Assembly (NCBI GenBank): GCA_030141605.1
Contig: JAQGDQ010000119.1
Location: 525,727 to 589,726, forward strand
DNA length: 64,000 nucleotides
Direction of reading: 5' to 3'
Source of the DNA: Tubiluchus corallicola
Taxonomy: Eukaryota > Animalia > Priapulida
Of this stretch, positions 28,559 through 41,100 are shown in pieces. The first letter of the stretch is position 1, and the number at the start of each line of letters is the position of its first letter. The notes beneath the pieces were generated by a model. It did no database searches. It was not told the DNA's origin and worked only from the letters and a program-made list of their open reading frames with translations. The translations under genes were made by a program, and so were the position numbers.

Positions 28559-30721
28559 GTCTCTGTCTGTCTCTCTCGCTCTGTCTTTCTCTCTCTCTCT
28601 CCCTCTCTCTCCCTCCCTCCCTACCTCTCTCCGTCTCTCCATCTATCTATCAGTTTTTTACCCATACTCAAATAGTACAAAATCAAACAGGTCATTTTTG
28701 AGTTTTACTACCAACACGTGGAGATCCTCATGATCTTAACAGAATTAGATTTCAAGGATGAAAGGATAAATTGATGTTTATTTAATTTGCAATTATAAAA
28801 GCTGTTATAACAGTAATGCTACATTTAGGTCATTTAATACAAAGGTCATCTGTAGAAGTTATTTTAGCAAAAATTAAACCTATTCCTCAAAAACGTGTAT
28901 TGGAGTAGAGGCTTTGCAGCTGTAGTCACTGTGTTCTTATTGTTTGCCTAGTAGTCTAACACAAGATATAGTAGTTGCCACTTAATAAAACCACATCGAG
29001 ACCAGCAGTAAATGGTCTTAATAACTGGCCTGTTGCAAGTGTTTGTATTAGGCAAAGTGCAGTATGTGAACACTTCAACTTAATTAAAATTATGATAATT
29101 AAACATGGGGCACTTTTCAGCTCCCTTGCATGCCTACAGAATGTTTTGAGCATACAACAGTGATTCAAGTTCATTCAAAAACTAAAATGTATTTTAGTAG
29201 CTGTACATGCAGAGCTGTTATTATGAAACAGTTGACTTTAACTTCAGTGTGACTGACTAAGAAGAAGTGAATCTAGCAAACAGGACTTACATTGCAACAA
29301 TACAATACTCCCTATCTTAAAAAATAGACAAACTACCAAAAATATTTTTGTTTTTCATTTTGCTGACCGTGCCTAAATGATTCTAAAATGCAACTGTTTT
29401 AATTATCCGTGCTTTTATTAAGCGGCAATACTGTATAATAATTTTTAAACCCTTCTCATTGATACAATGCTATAGTGACTTTATAGCTTTCTTAATTACT
29501 TATGTTAATTTATGATTTCAGGTTCCAGTCTTGAGTGTCATATTTTTCATTCTTTTTGTTGGAAACATTTTCACGACGTCCCGCGTCGCCTGGGACAAAG
29601 TACGTTAACCTGTTGAAAATGTATCACTAACTTCTATTTTTAGTTTTATCTTCAAATTTTAGATTCTGAATTTCAGTTTTATGGATTTTTTAACTGTAAA
29701 ATCCACAAAATCCTTTTATTTATGCATATTAAACTGCTTCCAAAAGTTCAAAATTTTGGATATTGTAGCTGTAGCTAAAGATATACTTATGTACTTACTT
29801 AGCTATACTGGGTAAAAAGTACTCTTAAGTATTGCTTACAAGGCCTTATCCAGATGGCAAATTAACTTTGGTGTTTATCCAGAAATATCACCTTTGGTCC
29901 GCCATTTTCGCTTTACTTTTGTTTTTATAAATTAGAAAATATTGAAGAAGTCTTAGAAAATAATATGTGAAAATAAAAAAACTTGTTTTCTCACTGCATT
30001 GTGATAATAACGATATTACTACTAGCATCTAAGAAAATTTGAAATAACACATTTTTGTGATACTAAACCGGCATTTACCAGACATCCAAAATGCATTATT
30101 GTGTTTTGAGCTGCATATAAAAATCAAGAATAGTTTCAGAAAAAATAATGAATCTAATAAAACGGGTTCATTGAAAATCGTTTTTCAGATGTCTGGTAAA
30201 CGCTACTTAACACTGAACCGTTTAATTTATGTATTATGAAAATTGTGGCATTAAAATTGATTTTTGTGAGCTATTCCATGGAGTTTATGACCGAATGGAT
30301 AGGTGTTCATGCTCTCATGTTGTGGCGTTTAGCCGCCTGAGTTGGATTCTCATTCTGGGCAGTATCATTCACAAACCTTGTACATATTTAAAAACGTGGC
30401 TAAGACACTTCTGCTAGTTCAGTGGCTCATCTTAGTAGATGTCCTTGATAATGGGTCAGGCTCCGGTAATGACACAAATGTCTGGTTTAATGTAAGCCCT
30501 GCCTTTTCGTGCTGGACTTGTGTAAAAATATGGTGTTAAAAACATTGTAACTTATATTACTGTGTGTAAAAATTGAAAAGTAACAAAGTGCTCTTTTAAA
30601 AATTAGTGCACTTGCTCGTTAGTTATTCTTTCGGTTGAAGTTGGATTTTGTTTGTCGTTTGTAGATTTACGAGGAGATCAAATCACATCATCAGTTAACA
30701 CACAAGTACAAGGTGAAATAA
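6105..30721 (+). CDS. TMEM120: Transmembrane protein 120 (TMEM120/TMPIT family), 12 coding exons, 360 aa
   Basis: Exons 6105-6179, 17594-17712, 18643-18795, 19981-20040, 22198-22290, 23110-23265, 25358-25419, 26262-26357, 26990-27054, 28283-28351, 29522-29599, 30665-30721. All introns are GT-AG and phases are consistent (1083 nt). Motifs: [110 protein letters not shown]. The last exon is less certain (see findings). Confidence 0.95.
6887..6958. repeat. 34-bp tandem duplication
   Basis: TTACATAGCGCTACTCAAACGATGAACATTAAAG occurs twice in direct succession. Confidence 0.85.
8314..15496 (-). CDS. P-loop sulfotransferase-like protein (related to the N-terminal domain of 'branched-chain-amino-acid aminotransferase-like' proteins), 5 exons, 272 aa, nested in TMEM120 intron 1
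   Basis: Exons 15392-15496, 12296-12455, 9500-9661, 9101-9226, 8314-8579. Introns are GT-AG and the 819 nt are in frame. Translation: [28 protein letters not shown]...[13 protein letters not shown]...VFVKEMAY...[16 protein letters not shown]...[19 protein letters not shown]...MLDW. It carries a 5'-PSB-like PRSLST loop and a 3'-PB-like RDPxxxxxS motif. Confidence 0.88.
13313..13763. mobile_element. Non-autonomous hAT-type MITE
   Basis: 16-bp perfect TIR TAGTGATGGGCGATTT / AAATCGCCCATCACTA. The flanks ACTGAACC and ATGGAACC match at 6 of 8 positions (decayed 8-bp target-site duplication). Confidence 0.85.
15620..16030 (-). promoter_or_regulatory. Putative promoter/5' region of the nested sulfotransferase-like gene
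   Basis: A locally CpG-richer stretch just upstream of the first coding exon. Position-based inference only. Confidence 0.3.
18260..18460. repeat. Polypyrimidine low-complexity tract
   Basis: Degenerate (CTTT/CCTTT)n in TMEM120 intron 2. Confidence 0.85.
20440..20882. mobile_element. Probable MITE remnant (15-bp inverted repeats)
   Basis: CATCTGAGAGCACTT ... AAGTGCTCTCAGATG, about 440 bp apart. No target-site duplication confirmed. Confidence 0.45.
21545..21763 (+). mobile_element. hAT transposase C-terminal dimerisation domain remnant
   Basis: [58 protein letters not shown] matches the hATC consensus (ERSFSxLKxIKxxLRSTMxQxRLxxLxxxxIExD). Confidence 0.85.
23571..24212. repeat. 40-bp minisatellite, 16 copies
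   Basis: Unit ATGTCTGCACTGTTGCCGATCTTGTTGACCAGTTCTCTTC, head-to-tail with few substitutions, in TMEM120 intron 6. Confidence 0.95.
24375..24556. repeat. Imperfect palindrome (short foldback/MITE)
   Basis: Left arm ...AAACATCAACATTTTATGACCACTCT...ATGATCTTGC pairs with right arm GCAAGATCAT...AGAGTGGTAGTAAAATGTTGATGTTT, around a short spacer. Confidence 0.75.
24840..25188. mobile_element. Non-autonomous hAT-type MITE
   Basis: TIRs CAGGGCTGGATTA / TAATCCAGACCTG. The flanks CTTGTGGA and CTTATGAA match at 6 of 8 positions. Subterminal GGCCC motifs are present. Confidence 0.8.
25605..25730 (-). mobile_element. THAP-domain N-terminal remnant (DNA-transposon derived)
   Basis: [24 protein letters not shown] matches the THAP start M-x3-C-x-V-x2-C-x8-S-L/F-F-x-F-P. 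The second half of the domain is absent. Confidence 0.6.
28510..28650. repeat. (CT)n microsatellite
   Basis: Direct read, in TMEM120 intron 10. Confidence 0.9.
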
Positions 30722-31910
30722 TGACTGAGGTTCTTTCGTCATTACTTGTTGGTGGTAAACAGTCAGTGGAAGTTCAAGCTGCCAGTAATCTTTATTGGTC
30801 TGTTTTGTGTGACATGTCTTCCAAAAACAAGATTTGCTTCGTCTGGTGAAATAAAATTGTTGCATTAATTAAAAACTAAACTATCATTCCACAGCAAAGC
30901 CCAGGTTGTAATATATCTATTCTAGGTGAGACTAAAAAAAAGGTTTGTCACTTTTATGAGCTTCTTTCTAAATATGGTTATCTAACATGTGTGGGTTATT
31001 TATTAGAAATTGTAACATTTTGAGTAGCTTGCATATGTTGCTATTTACATCTCAAAGTAAGTTGACTTTCAAAGCGGTTTGGTTTCCGTGCAAATTGTAA
31101 ACAAAGCTCAACATTTGTTGTTGTCTAATGTTAACATTTTGATCAAAATTGGGCAGAAAGCTAACAATTCGACTGTAGCTTTAACTGTAATTTAATAATA
31201 GTTATAATAATCTGTAACGTATGTTTCTGTGAGTAAGTTGTAAGTTTTATTTAACATAACTAATATGTTTAAAAATTAACAAATATCTGTAACTAATAGC
31301 CATAGGTAAATTGGTTTGTTCTGCGATATAAGGATGACAACAACAAACAAAGTCTTTTCTTTAGCTCAACAATTCTTTGTTATTATTTATTTTGCATTTG
31401 TTTAGTTTCATTTAGTTTTTATTTTTAATTGTTTTTCATCTTTGCACCACAGCCCAGACAGCCAACAATTTATTGAAATATAGACTTAGCTTCTTAATTA
31501 ATTAACCAATAAAGAGAAAACAGTCAGTTGTTCAATTTCTGACAGAATTTCTATTGTCCGTTTGAACAGTTCATTTTTCATCAGTTTTGATGTACATATA
31601 TTGCAGTTATTTATTTTTTGAATGTGTAAAATGTAATTTATGCTAACATGTGAATTATGTATGTATATACTATAAATTATATGTAAAAAAGCAAAAGTGT
31701 AATGAAAGATTACTGTAAGTTCTTTTTTTTCCTAATTAAATGTGCATTAACAGTCTATTTGTTTTGTTTTTTCAAATTAGCTAAAGCCAGAGATTTTGTG
31801 TGATCGTTAAAATGAGAATTCAAATGAATTTGTAATAAATTGATTAAGTAAAACCTCTAACTTTATCTTAATCAGAAATAAACACAGGTCTAACAACGAC
31901 AAACGGAAAG

Positions 31911-31993
31911 AGTTTACAATTCCCCACACAGTTCAAATACCCTAACCCTAATCTGTTTTGTGGACTAATTTCTTGTGTGAAGAATTGTAAACT
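31911..31993. mobile_element. Mini inverted-repeat element with internal CCCTAA units
   Basis: Termini AGTTTACAATT...AATTGTAAACT. A related copy lies in the opposite orientation at 56030-56132. Confidence 0.6.
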
Positions 31994-33354
31994 TTAGCCC
32001 GACAATTAGTAATTAAACAGCATTAATATGACTTTTTATTAAATAAGTGAAAAGAGACACGTGCAATGAATTACCTGTGCTCACCTGTTTCCCATTTTGC
32101 AAGATATGTACATGTCAGATGCGAGAAAGAAATATTTAATACTGTTTCTACAAGATATGATACAAGATCTTTACCAACTAGTTGTTCCAATTATTAGGAG
32201 TTAATTCAATTAATAACCATAACTTTTAAAAATTTTGATGCTTATGTAGAGTAGTTCTCTTTCTGGTGCGATCAGGAAGTTAGAATGATATTACTAGCGT
32301 GAGAACATAAATTTCAGCCATATTATTGTTTTTCCGTGAAATTAAAACGTCAAAAATACGGCTGTTTTCAATTATCTAAACTTGGTATGCTACAATTTGT
32401 TTAATCAAATTGCTCTTCCTCTCCACGGAGTTAAGCAGCTAAACGTTATGCTTATCCTACAAGATTGTGTGTAACTTCTTTGTGATGGTCAAATGGACGT
32501 ACTGTTTCTCCAAAATAAAGACATTACAAATGAAAATAAACCACTCTTAACGTTTTTCATTCGTGCTGCTTGTCTGTACTTTGTTCTGGAACTTTTCTGT
32601 AAATATCAGCACTGCTTTGGTTTATTTTTATGCACAATAAGGCACACAAAAGTAATGTTACAAACAGTTTTTACAGCTATTTTATTTATTTTCAATATTT
32701 TTACAAGTATTGTAATTTATTATCGCTTTAGCTTCGATCCTGTTTTATTAACATGTATAAGTAATTAGATAAGTTTCTTCAAATTAATTTATATTTCACA
32801 TTAATTTTATGTAAAATCGTTATAGTTTATTATAGCAGTGTGCGGATTAGCAGCTTCAAGGTTTTCATCAGTTCTGATGGTACGTTGTAGAGCTATTATT
32901 AGTTTTCCCCTTCGTGTAGTTACATAGAAGAGTATTCTTACACTAAGTTCTGATATATGTATTAAACACACATGCCTAACAAAGCTTTCCATGCAATAGC
33001 TAAGCAATATAAATTATATGCACTTATACTATAATGCTAATAAAATTATTTTATCATATTACTCAGTTGGATAAAAGTGTAAGTTACTTAAGTTTTAATG
33101 TTAATATTTGGACAAACCGCCCACATAACAAAGATTTTGAATCAGTATAAAATATAAACTTATGAATTTGGACCCTTAAATCTGACTAAAAGTTGTTGTT
33201 GCTTGTTGTTGAATCATTTTGCTGCAAATCAAAACAGTTAACCGGTAATCTTCAACCATAATTGATTCTTTAAAGCTGTCTATAGTGTGCAAAATCTCTG
33301 CGCGCACTATTATTCTTACTTGGCATACAACTTTAACGGTTCCACCACAGTTCT

Positions 33355-35039
33355 TTACCAAGTAGGAATGAAAAAATGAGGATCGTTATCTGAATAATTA
33401 CAGCTGCAAGTTGGAAAGGTCTCGGGAGTACAGCATGGAGCAGTATGTGGACTTTCGTTCTCTCGATCCATTTTCAGGATTTCCGGATGAGGCATGGTCA
33501 CATTGTGCAACTCGATGATGGCGGCCACTTCTAGGAGCATGGATTTGATGGCCGGCTTTTCGACGTCCATGGACCACCTTTCGACGGGGTCGTCATGCAG
33601 GTTGTAGACCAGAGGCGGATCTTGGACGGTTGCTTCGGGTCCCCAGCAAAGGAATCTCAACAATTTATCCATGGGTCTAAGCGGGTGCCCACCATCAGGA
33701 CATTGATCCACTACGAAATCATTCAGCACTTCGGAGAGAGTGGCATAGTGGATTTTATACTGCTTATACCTGACAGCCATTAGCCGATTTGAACAGTAGA
33801 AATATGTGAGTCGTCGACCAGACTCCTGTGATTCACCTTGCAGTACTGGCAATAGACTGTTGCCTGAAAACATAAGAGTATCTCAGTTATTTTAAAACAT
33901 GCCTCTTGAGGAAGAGTGAAGGCTCAGAATACTTTTAGTGCTAATATCATTCATTGTCTTCTCATTCATTCATCTTCAGATAACTTTTTTGCATTTTAGT
34001 TCGACGGCTCAACTTAATCAATTCTTAGTCTCAGTCGCATTTGTCTGCTGATTTGTCGGGTCGCTCCTTATCTCGGAGATCGCTAATCCGATTCCAACCA
34101 AGCTTGCACAGCAGGTGGGGTTCTGGAATTTAGTTGTGTAGTAAAAATGTAGTTTGGTGACCACTGTTACCATGCAATGGCCAAAAATTCTAAAACTGGC
34201 AATGTTCGGGCTTAAAAATCTATATCATCCAAAACTACTGAGGTAGTGAAGATGAAATTAGGTACAATGATTAATTGATTGATTGATTTATCGTTTATTC
34301 CAACCAAAAATTTCATATTCAAAACGCGGTTACTACAATAAATAGCAATTAAACAACACACACACACAAACTCATAAAATTAATAGTGCCTCTGATAATT
34401 ATCTGAGCCAAAGTTTGCAATTTCTGTCTGTCTTGTCTATCTGTCCGAGCTGTCGAACCACTATCAGTCAGCTGACTTCTTTAATACGTAACGAATGGTT
34501 TTTCTACCACCTTAAATTTGTGCCGACAGCATGTTATTCCGACCTGTTTCACTTTTACTCATAATTTACATACCATCTATAATTCTGTCGTTTGGTAGAG
34601 GTATATTCAAAATATCTGCAATTGTAGGAAATATGTCCATAGTGTTGGCTACAGCATGTGAAATGGTTCCAGCTTTGATAATCTTTGGCCACCATATTAT
34701 GCCCGGCACTCTCACGCCTCCTTCAAAAGCCCTTCCTTTGTCTCCTGTAATACGAGTTCATTATGTTATTTATAACAAGAACATGTGTAATGTAGCGCTT
34801 TTTTGCAACGCAGGATAGCAGTGTGGGAGTGGTAGGAAGGGATGCAGCAGACAAGATTAATTAATATCCTCTAAAAAAGGAGTATACGTTTTGCGAAAAA
34901 TAGCCAAAAAATGCCCCCTACCTTCCTGGGCCCTATCCGTAAAATAAACCGCCAATGAGACGACACTAGATAGAGGCCTCTTGTTTGATATATAGATCAT
35001 CGAAAATGGTGCCGTCGTTGCAGCTGTAGCCTCGAAACT

Positions 35040-35137
<98 letters not shown>

Positions 35138-38100
35138 TATATTATATATATTGAGCTTTATACCGCCGAAATTAATTATTTGATTAGCCAAACTCCGCAA
35201 AAAATTGCGCATAAACCCACAATGACAAACCATACCACGCTCACCGCACCCTGCCACCACACCATACTGCACTACCCACACCATATCACACCACCACACT
35301 ACACCCACACTCCACTACAGCCCCTACATCATACCACAACACCACCCGCACTATGATGCACTTCCCACATCATAGCACACCACACCGCAAAACACATCCC
35401 ACACCCGACTACACCATGTACCCACACTATGACACACCACACCGCTCATGTGATACCACCCACACCACACCATACCATCTCACCACACTATCCACCGCAC
35501 AGTACATCACTCTTCACTCACCACAACAACTACCCATACTTCATTCACTACATCACACAGTGATCATCGACGATGATAACCCGCAACACCAACTTCAACA
35601 ACACACCAGTAGTATGAAACCATGCAAAACATTTTGCACGATGCTGAAACTGCATGCTATAATGCTATTAGATCCAGCCAACAATGATCAATAATACACG
35701 GGCATTCTATATTAATTTTTCTTACTACTTCTTAGATGATAATAGGCTAACTGATAAGTTAGATGTACACCATCCAACGGGGTTAATATAAAAACACCAT
35801 CCATCCACACCACAGTACACTTACCACACCCATAACACCGTACCACACCACACCAAACCAACCACCTCACATGATGGAAAAGATTATGATGACGATGATG
35901 TAGGTAATGATGACGATGATGGCATCCACAACACTAACATCAACAACACAGAAATATATCAAAACCATGCAAAACATTTTATACAAAATTGAAATTGTCA
36001 GTTGCTATTAGACCCATCCACTGATGATCAATAATGCGCGGACAATCTACGTAGCCTTCGTTCTCTATTATTGCACTTTATTAGGTTGCTAAATATTATG
36101 CAAAGCCAGCAGCTTTTCCTGCAGCGAAGTTATAGGCAGAGTAAAATTGACGTCAAACATATTGGTCTATCGCTCCACCCCCGCGGTAACGTAAGGACGC
36201 TCAGCAGCATTCGGGACAACAGCTCACGTATGACAAGAACTGTCTCAGCTAAACTAAACTAAACTAAACAATACGACAGTCACAACTAATGTCTAATCAG
36301 CAGATAAACTGATTGCACTTTTTCATAAACACAAATTTGCAGAATAGCAGCTATTTTAACACGAAATTAACACTTCAAGTAGCCAAAAAATGACTTTTAA
36401 ATTTAAACAGAATGTAGAGACGAAGCTTCAAAGCACTCCAAAATACAGAAACATAAGTATAATAAAGAAACTAAGCCAGTTTGCCTTGCTTAACAATAAA
36501 TGAGCAACAAAAATATTAAGTCTCTCTTGCCTTTAAACATACGAGCATCAAGCCTGCGATGTATTTTTCTGTATTAACTGATCATGTGCTCGTCTGCAAG
36601 ATTTATTCAGTTTTTGTATTTTTCCGTTTGTCAGGCTAGGGAAATGGAATAAATTTGACTGTTCCATTCCATGGACGACCCTTATATTGAATACCCGAGT
36701 CACATAAGTCCCAATGGCATGTTTTAACCATGATTATAACCAAAAAATAGCGTGAAATTAGTTAATAATTGATGTATAATACAAGTTTTGACCACATTTG
36801 AGGTTTATAAAAACTGGCCAGAAAAGAAAACATTTTATTTTGTCCATATTTAAAGTTAATCAAATAGTTGTTTTCATTTAACTTGCAAAGCCATAAACTA
36901 AACTAAACTGCGTACTTTCTTGATTGCAAAATGGTTTAATCAACAACTCAAAGACGTAAGCGTTGTGAATTTTCGAAACATTTCAGCATTTCTTCCTATA
37001 AACGAAACTAGACTATATATTTCCACTAATTCATTTGCAATTTCAATTGACAATAATAAAAGACGATGTGTATAGTGTGATTCGTGTGGTGTGGTGGGTG
37101 TGGCATTGGTGTGGTTGACATGAGTTGTCTCCTAAAATATTTTTTTTTATACATATCGCCCCAAACAAGGCCATTGGGCTACAGTGAAAAGGTGAAGCCC
37201 TGAATATATTTTCTGAAAAATAGAATTCATACATCCGATTTGGTTACGATAGATGGTATCTGTTGACATTCTTCTTGAATCGGATGAGGTTGGAGTTTCA
37301 GGGAAACAGGTTCCTGGCAGAGAATTCCACAGATAAGAAGCTCTGCGGAATGGGTTTTGCCAGTTTTATGAGCATCATGCAAATCTCCATAAGGCAGGCG
37401 ATGAATGTTATTATACACTGCGTTAGCTGATACATGATTTCTTTAAACTAATAAAGTATAACGTACAATCTTAAAATGTCTTATTCCTGTGTGCACAACG
37501 CACATATTGTCTTGTACTACTAAATACTAATATTTTCTTCCTTTACCTAATGTCTGTTCATCTCCAAACAAAGAAGTTTTCTAGTTCCTCTATAAAAGGA
37601 AAAAATAAACAATATTTTGTTTGGTGTAGGAGATTTCCCTATAAAATGAACGAAAAAAATGGGATAGTAAAAGCATGCAATGTCACTCAAGCAAAAGTCA
37701 TTACTTTACCTCTAAGACCACCAGTTGATCCCCCCTCTTTGCATAAGTCTTCTTGTGGACCATTGTCAGAGGTGAAGAAGACGACAGTGTTCTTGTGCAC
37801 GTCAGCCTCCTTGAGGGCGTTCATGATCTCCTTTATTTGCCATTGGAGTTCTCTCAGATTATCACCATAAAGACCTAAAGATGCACAATAGCAATTGACA
37901 AAAGTTGTTAGATTTAGTTGTTGTAGTTATTGGCTGTTTGTATCAATCATGTCACTGTCAGTCACTACTGTTGTGGGATTACTGTTCCTTAATGATTTTT
38001 CTTACCTTTGCTAGTTACTGTGTATTCCATGCTTTTTATATAGGTTCTGCTTTTGTGGGACGTTATCCACCCTCAGTTACTGTTCTTATGATTTTCTTTA

Positions 38101-41100
38101 ATTTCTAGTTATTGCTAAGAGTGTTCTGTTTCTTCAGATTTTTGTTCCTGTCAATCGCATTAGTCATCACAGGAGTTCTCATCACGTGGACTTCCTGCTA
38201 TTTTAACTTGTTTAGCCAAAATTCTTGCCAAATATTGTCTTTGTCAATTACTGTTCTCGCCAGTTACACTTTTTTAATTTGTTGCCGTCTTATTGCCTGC
38301 TGTTTCAGTTCATGCCTCTGTACAGTTGTTTAACAACCCTAGGTCCGTAGTGGAAAGGTTTGCATACCATATCACATCATTCGTATCATTATTACTAGTC
38401 GTATAATAATAATAATTATTATTAGTATTAGTATTAGTATTAGTATTAGTATTAGTATTAGAATTAGTATTAGTATTAGTATTAGAATTAGTATTAGTAT
38501 TAGTATTAGTATTAGTATTAGTATTAGTATTAGTATTAGTATTAGTATTAGTATTAGTATTAGTATTAGTATTAGTATTAGTATTAGTATTAGTATTAGT
38601 ATTAGTATTAGTATTAGTATTAGTATTACTTAATCGAGGTGTGACAGTATAGAAAAAGTCAAGACAAAATATTTGTTTAAAAGATTACGCTGTGTTCGTT
38701 TTGTGAGAGCCTCTTCTTGACGAACTGTTCGAGATCATCGGCTTATTCAGCTGTTATCCAGTTTGCTAATTAATGACAACTACAATTCTGGTGCACGGTA
38801 AAAATGGTACAGGAAAAATGGCACGGTCAAAATGGTAAAGGAAAAAAATGGCACAAATGGAAAAGTAGGAAAAAATGGAACATATGTGATTTCGATGCAA
38901 TTGATTTCTATAATAAAAATACAATGCGCTCAGTAGGAAGCAGATCTCTACCAAAGGCGAACAATCCTAGTCTGATTATTTTATTCAACAAATTTAACAC
39001 AAAGATAAACAAGCAAACATACGAAAATGTACACGTATTGGTATTATATGGACCAGCAAATATTTGTTTATTAAGTGGATTTATAATCAATAATGCACGA
39101 ATATTCCACATAGTGTTTAGCTATCTTTTCACCATTAATCTTGGCGGTAATAGACTGACAAATATATACGTACCAAATCACCATATAGGGTTATACACAT
39201 TAATAAGCAAAGGTTATAGACATCGTTACACGGTTTTACAAGCGAGATTTTCTCGAAATGGAACCTGGAACTAACTCGTTGTTGTGTGTCCTAGTGGAGA
39301 TAATAAAAAAGAAGAACAAAACACTTCCTCTGAGATCTCCATGAACTGCTTCACGAGCGTTTTTTGTACGTGCTGTTCAGTCAAGTTTTGCTAAAAAAAG
39401 AACCGGCGAAAAAATTCCCGTTTTGGTACTGTTTACCCACCTTTCTTCACAAAATTTCTTGGAAATCTGTTAGATAGTTTTTGCGTAATAGGCCACTCCC
39501 ATAACAGACAATTAAGCAACTAAACAAACAAACTATGTTGAAGTATAACTTCCTTGGCAGAGGTAAAAATACTGAACTCATGTAATTATAGTCCAGTGTA
39601 ACCCTAACCCTAACATTGTAACATACATTACTAAGTGTGCGATTTTTCCGGTGCCATTTTTACCTACTTTTCCATTTGTGCAATTTTCTCTGGTGCCATT
39701 TCTTCCTGTGTCGTTTTTACCGTGCCATTTTTTCCTTCCCATTTTTAGCTACTTATCCATTGATACCATTATTTCCTGTGACATTTTTATCGTGCCATTT
39801 TTTCCTATGCTATGTTTGCCTCTATTCACAAGCATACGTAACTGTGTAACTGTAGAATCTCTAATCTCTTGAATACTACCCCACCCCCAAATGTGATCAA
39901 AGATTGTTAACTTCTTACCTCGTTTTGAAGTTCCTTTAAATTTGGGCATGGTCGTGAGGTCGGCGTGGGTATTTGACGAAGCATAGTAGAGCAAGAATGG
40001 TCGTTTGTCATTTTTCGCTTGTTGTATGAACTGCGTTGCATCATTCACGAACTTCGGCGCCATCTTTGTTAAGTCTATTGGCTGCTGCACAATGGTAGCA
40101 TTTTTATACAGGAAACAGTAGTTGTCCAATACTGGTATAGTTGTGCCCTGTTGAATTAAGTTAACATGATTATACACGCATTTCATACCAAGGATATTTG
40201 CCATAAAAAGCTTTTCTTAGAAATTAAACTGTCCCTTTTAATTATGATGGTGGAATCTATCTGTAGGCCAACCAGATAACTACAGTAATCGTCACAATAT
40301 GGTTGATCGGGTTGCCGTTTAATGATAACTGTAGTATACATATGTATGGAAACATATGTTAGTGCGCGTTCAGACTAGTGCGTTTCTGTTGCGAGTCTTC
40401 GCTCTGACAGCAAACTCACAAATGTGAACTGCTTATTGAGTTACTGTCGGCAAGTTATTGCAAATTCTCCGACAGTTGCTGCAAGTTGATTCCCTGCTAG
40501 TTACTGTCTAGTGTGAACGCCTCAGCGAGTTACTTTCGACACTTCTGGCATAAAGAAGGGAATGTCAGCTCGTGCTTACTATCGGAACGTAACTCGCAGC
40601 AAGTTTTGCTCACTAGTCTGAACACGCTTGAGAGTTACTTAGAGAATTAACTTAACTAGAAAAGTCTGAACGCGTTATAGGTTTAGTTTCATTGTATGCT
40701 GCAGACAGTGTGCAGCTTCTTGCTGAACTGAATATCATTCCACCATTCCACCACACACAAAACTTTTTTGGGATGTACCATTTACTTTATAACCTGATAA
40801 CTTTATCTACACCTTGCTAACAACTTTACTTGCTTACCCATCTGTATTTACACCAAGCAAAATTGGTGAGAGGTAGATTGTGACCAACATAGTCGAACCC
40901 ATGATTGTAAGGCAAGTGAACGCCATCATTCCTAGTCTGTTCATTTATGCCTGTAAAGCGTTTTTCCATTAAATAATAGCTTTCTGGTCATCATCGCAAG
41001 TTTCAATTTTCATTTATTTTTATTTTAAATTTATTTCATACGTTTAAAACTACATAGCGTTATATGAAAAATGAAAATACTCGACTATGCAATAAAATTA

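Noticed and set aside
31940-31952. CCCTAA/TTAGGG units as telomere or chromosome-fusion relics (also about 39602, 54935 and 56090)
   Set aside because: Only 2-3 units each, always inside small inverted-repeat elements.
35353-35694. His/Thr/Pro-rich 113-aa ORF
   Set aside because: Translation of a CACAC low-complexity repeat within an arylsulfatase intron.
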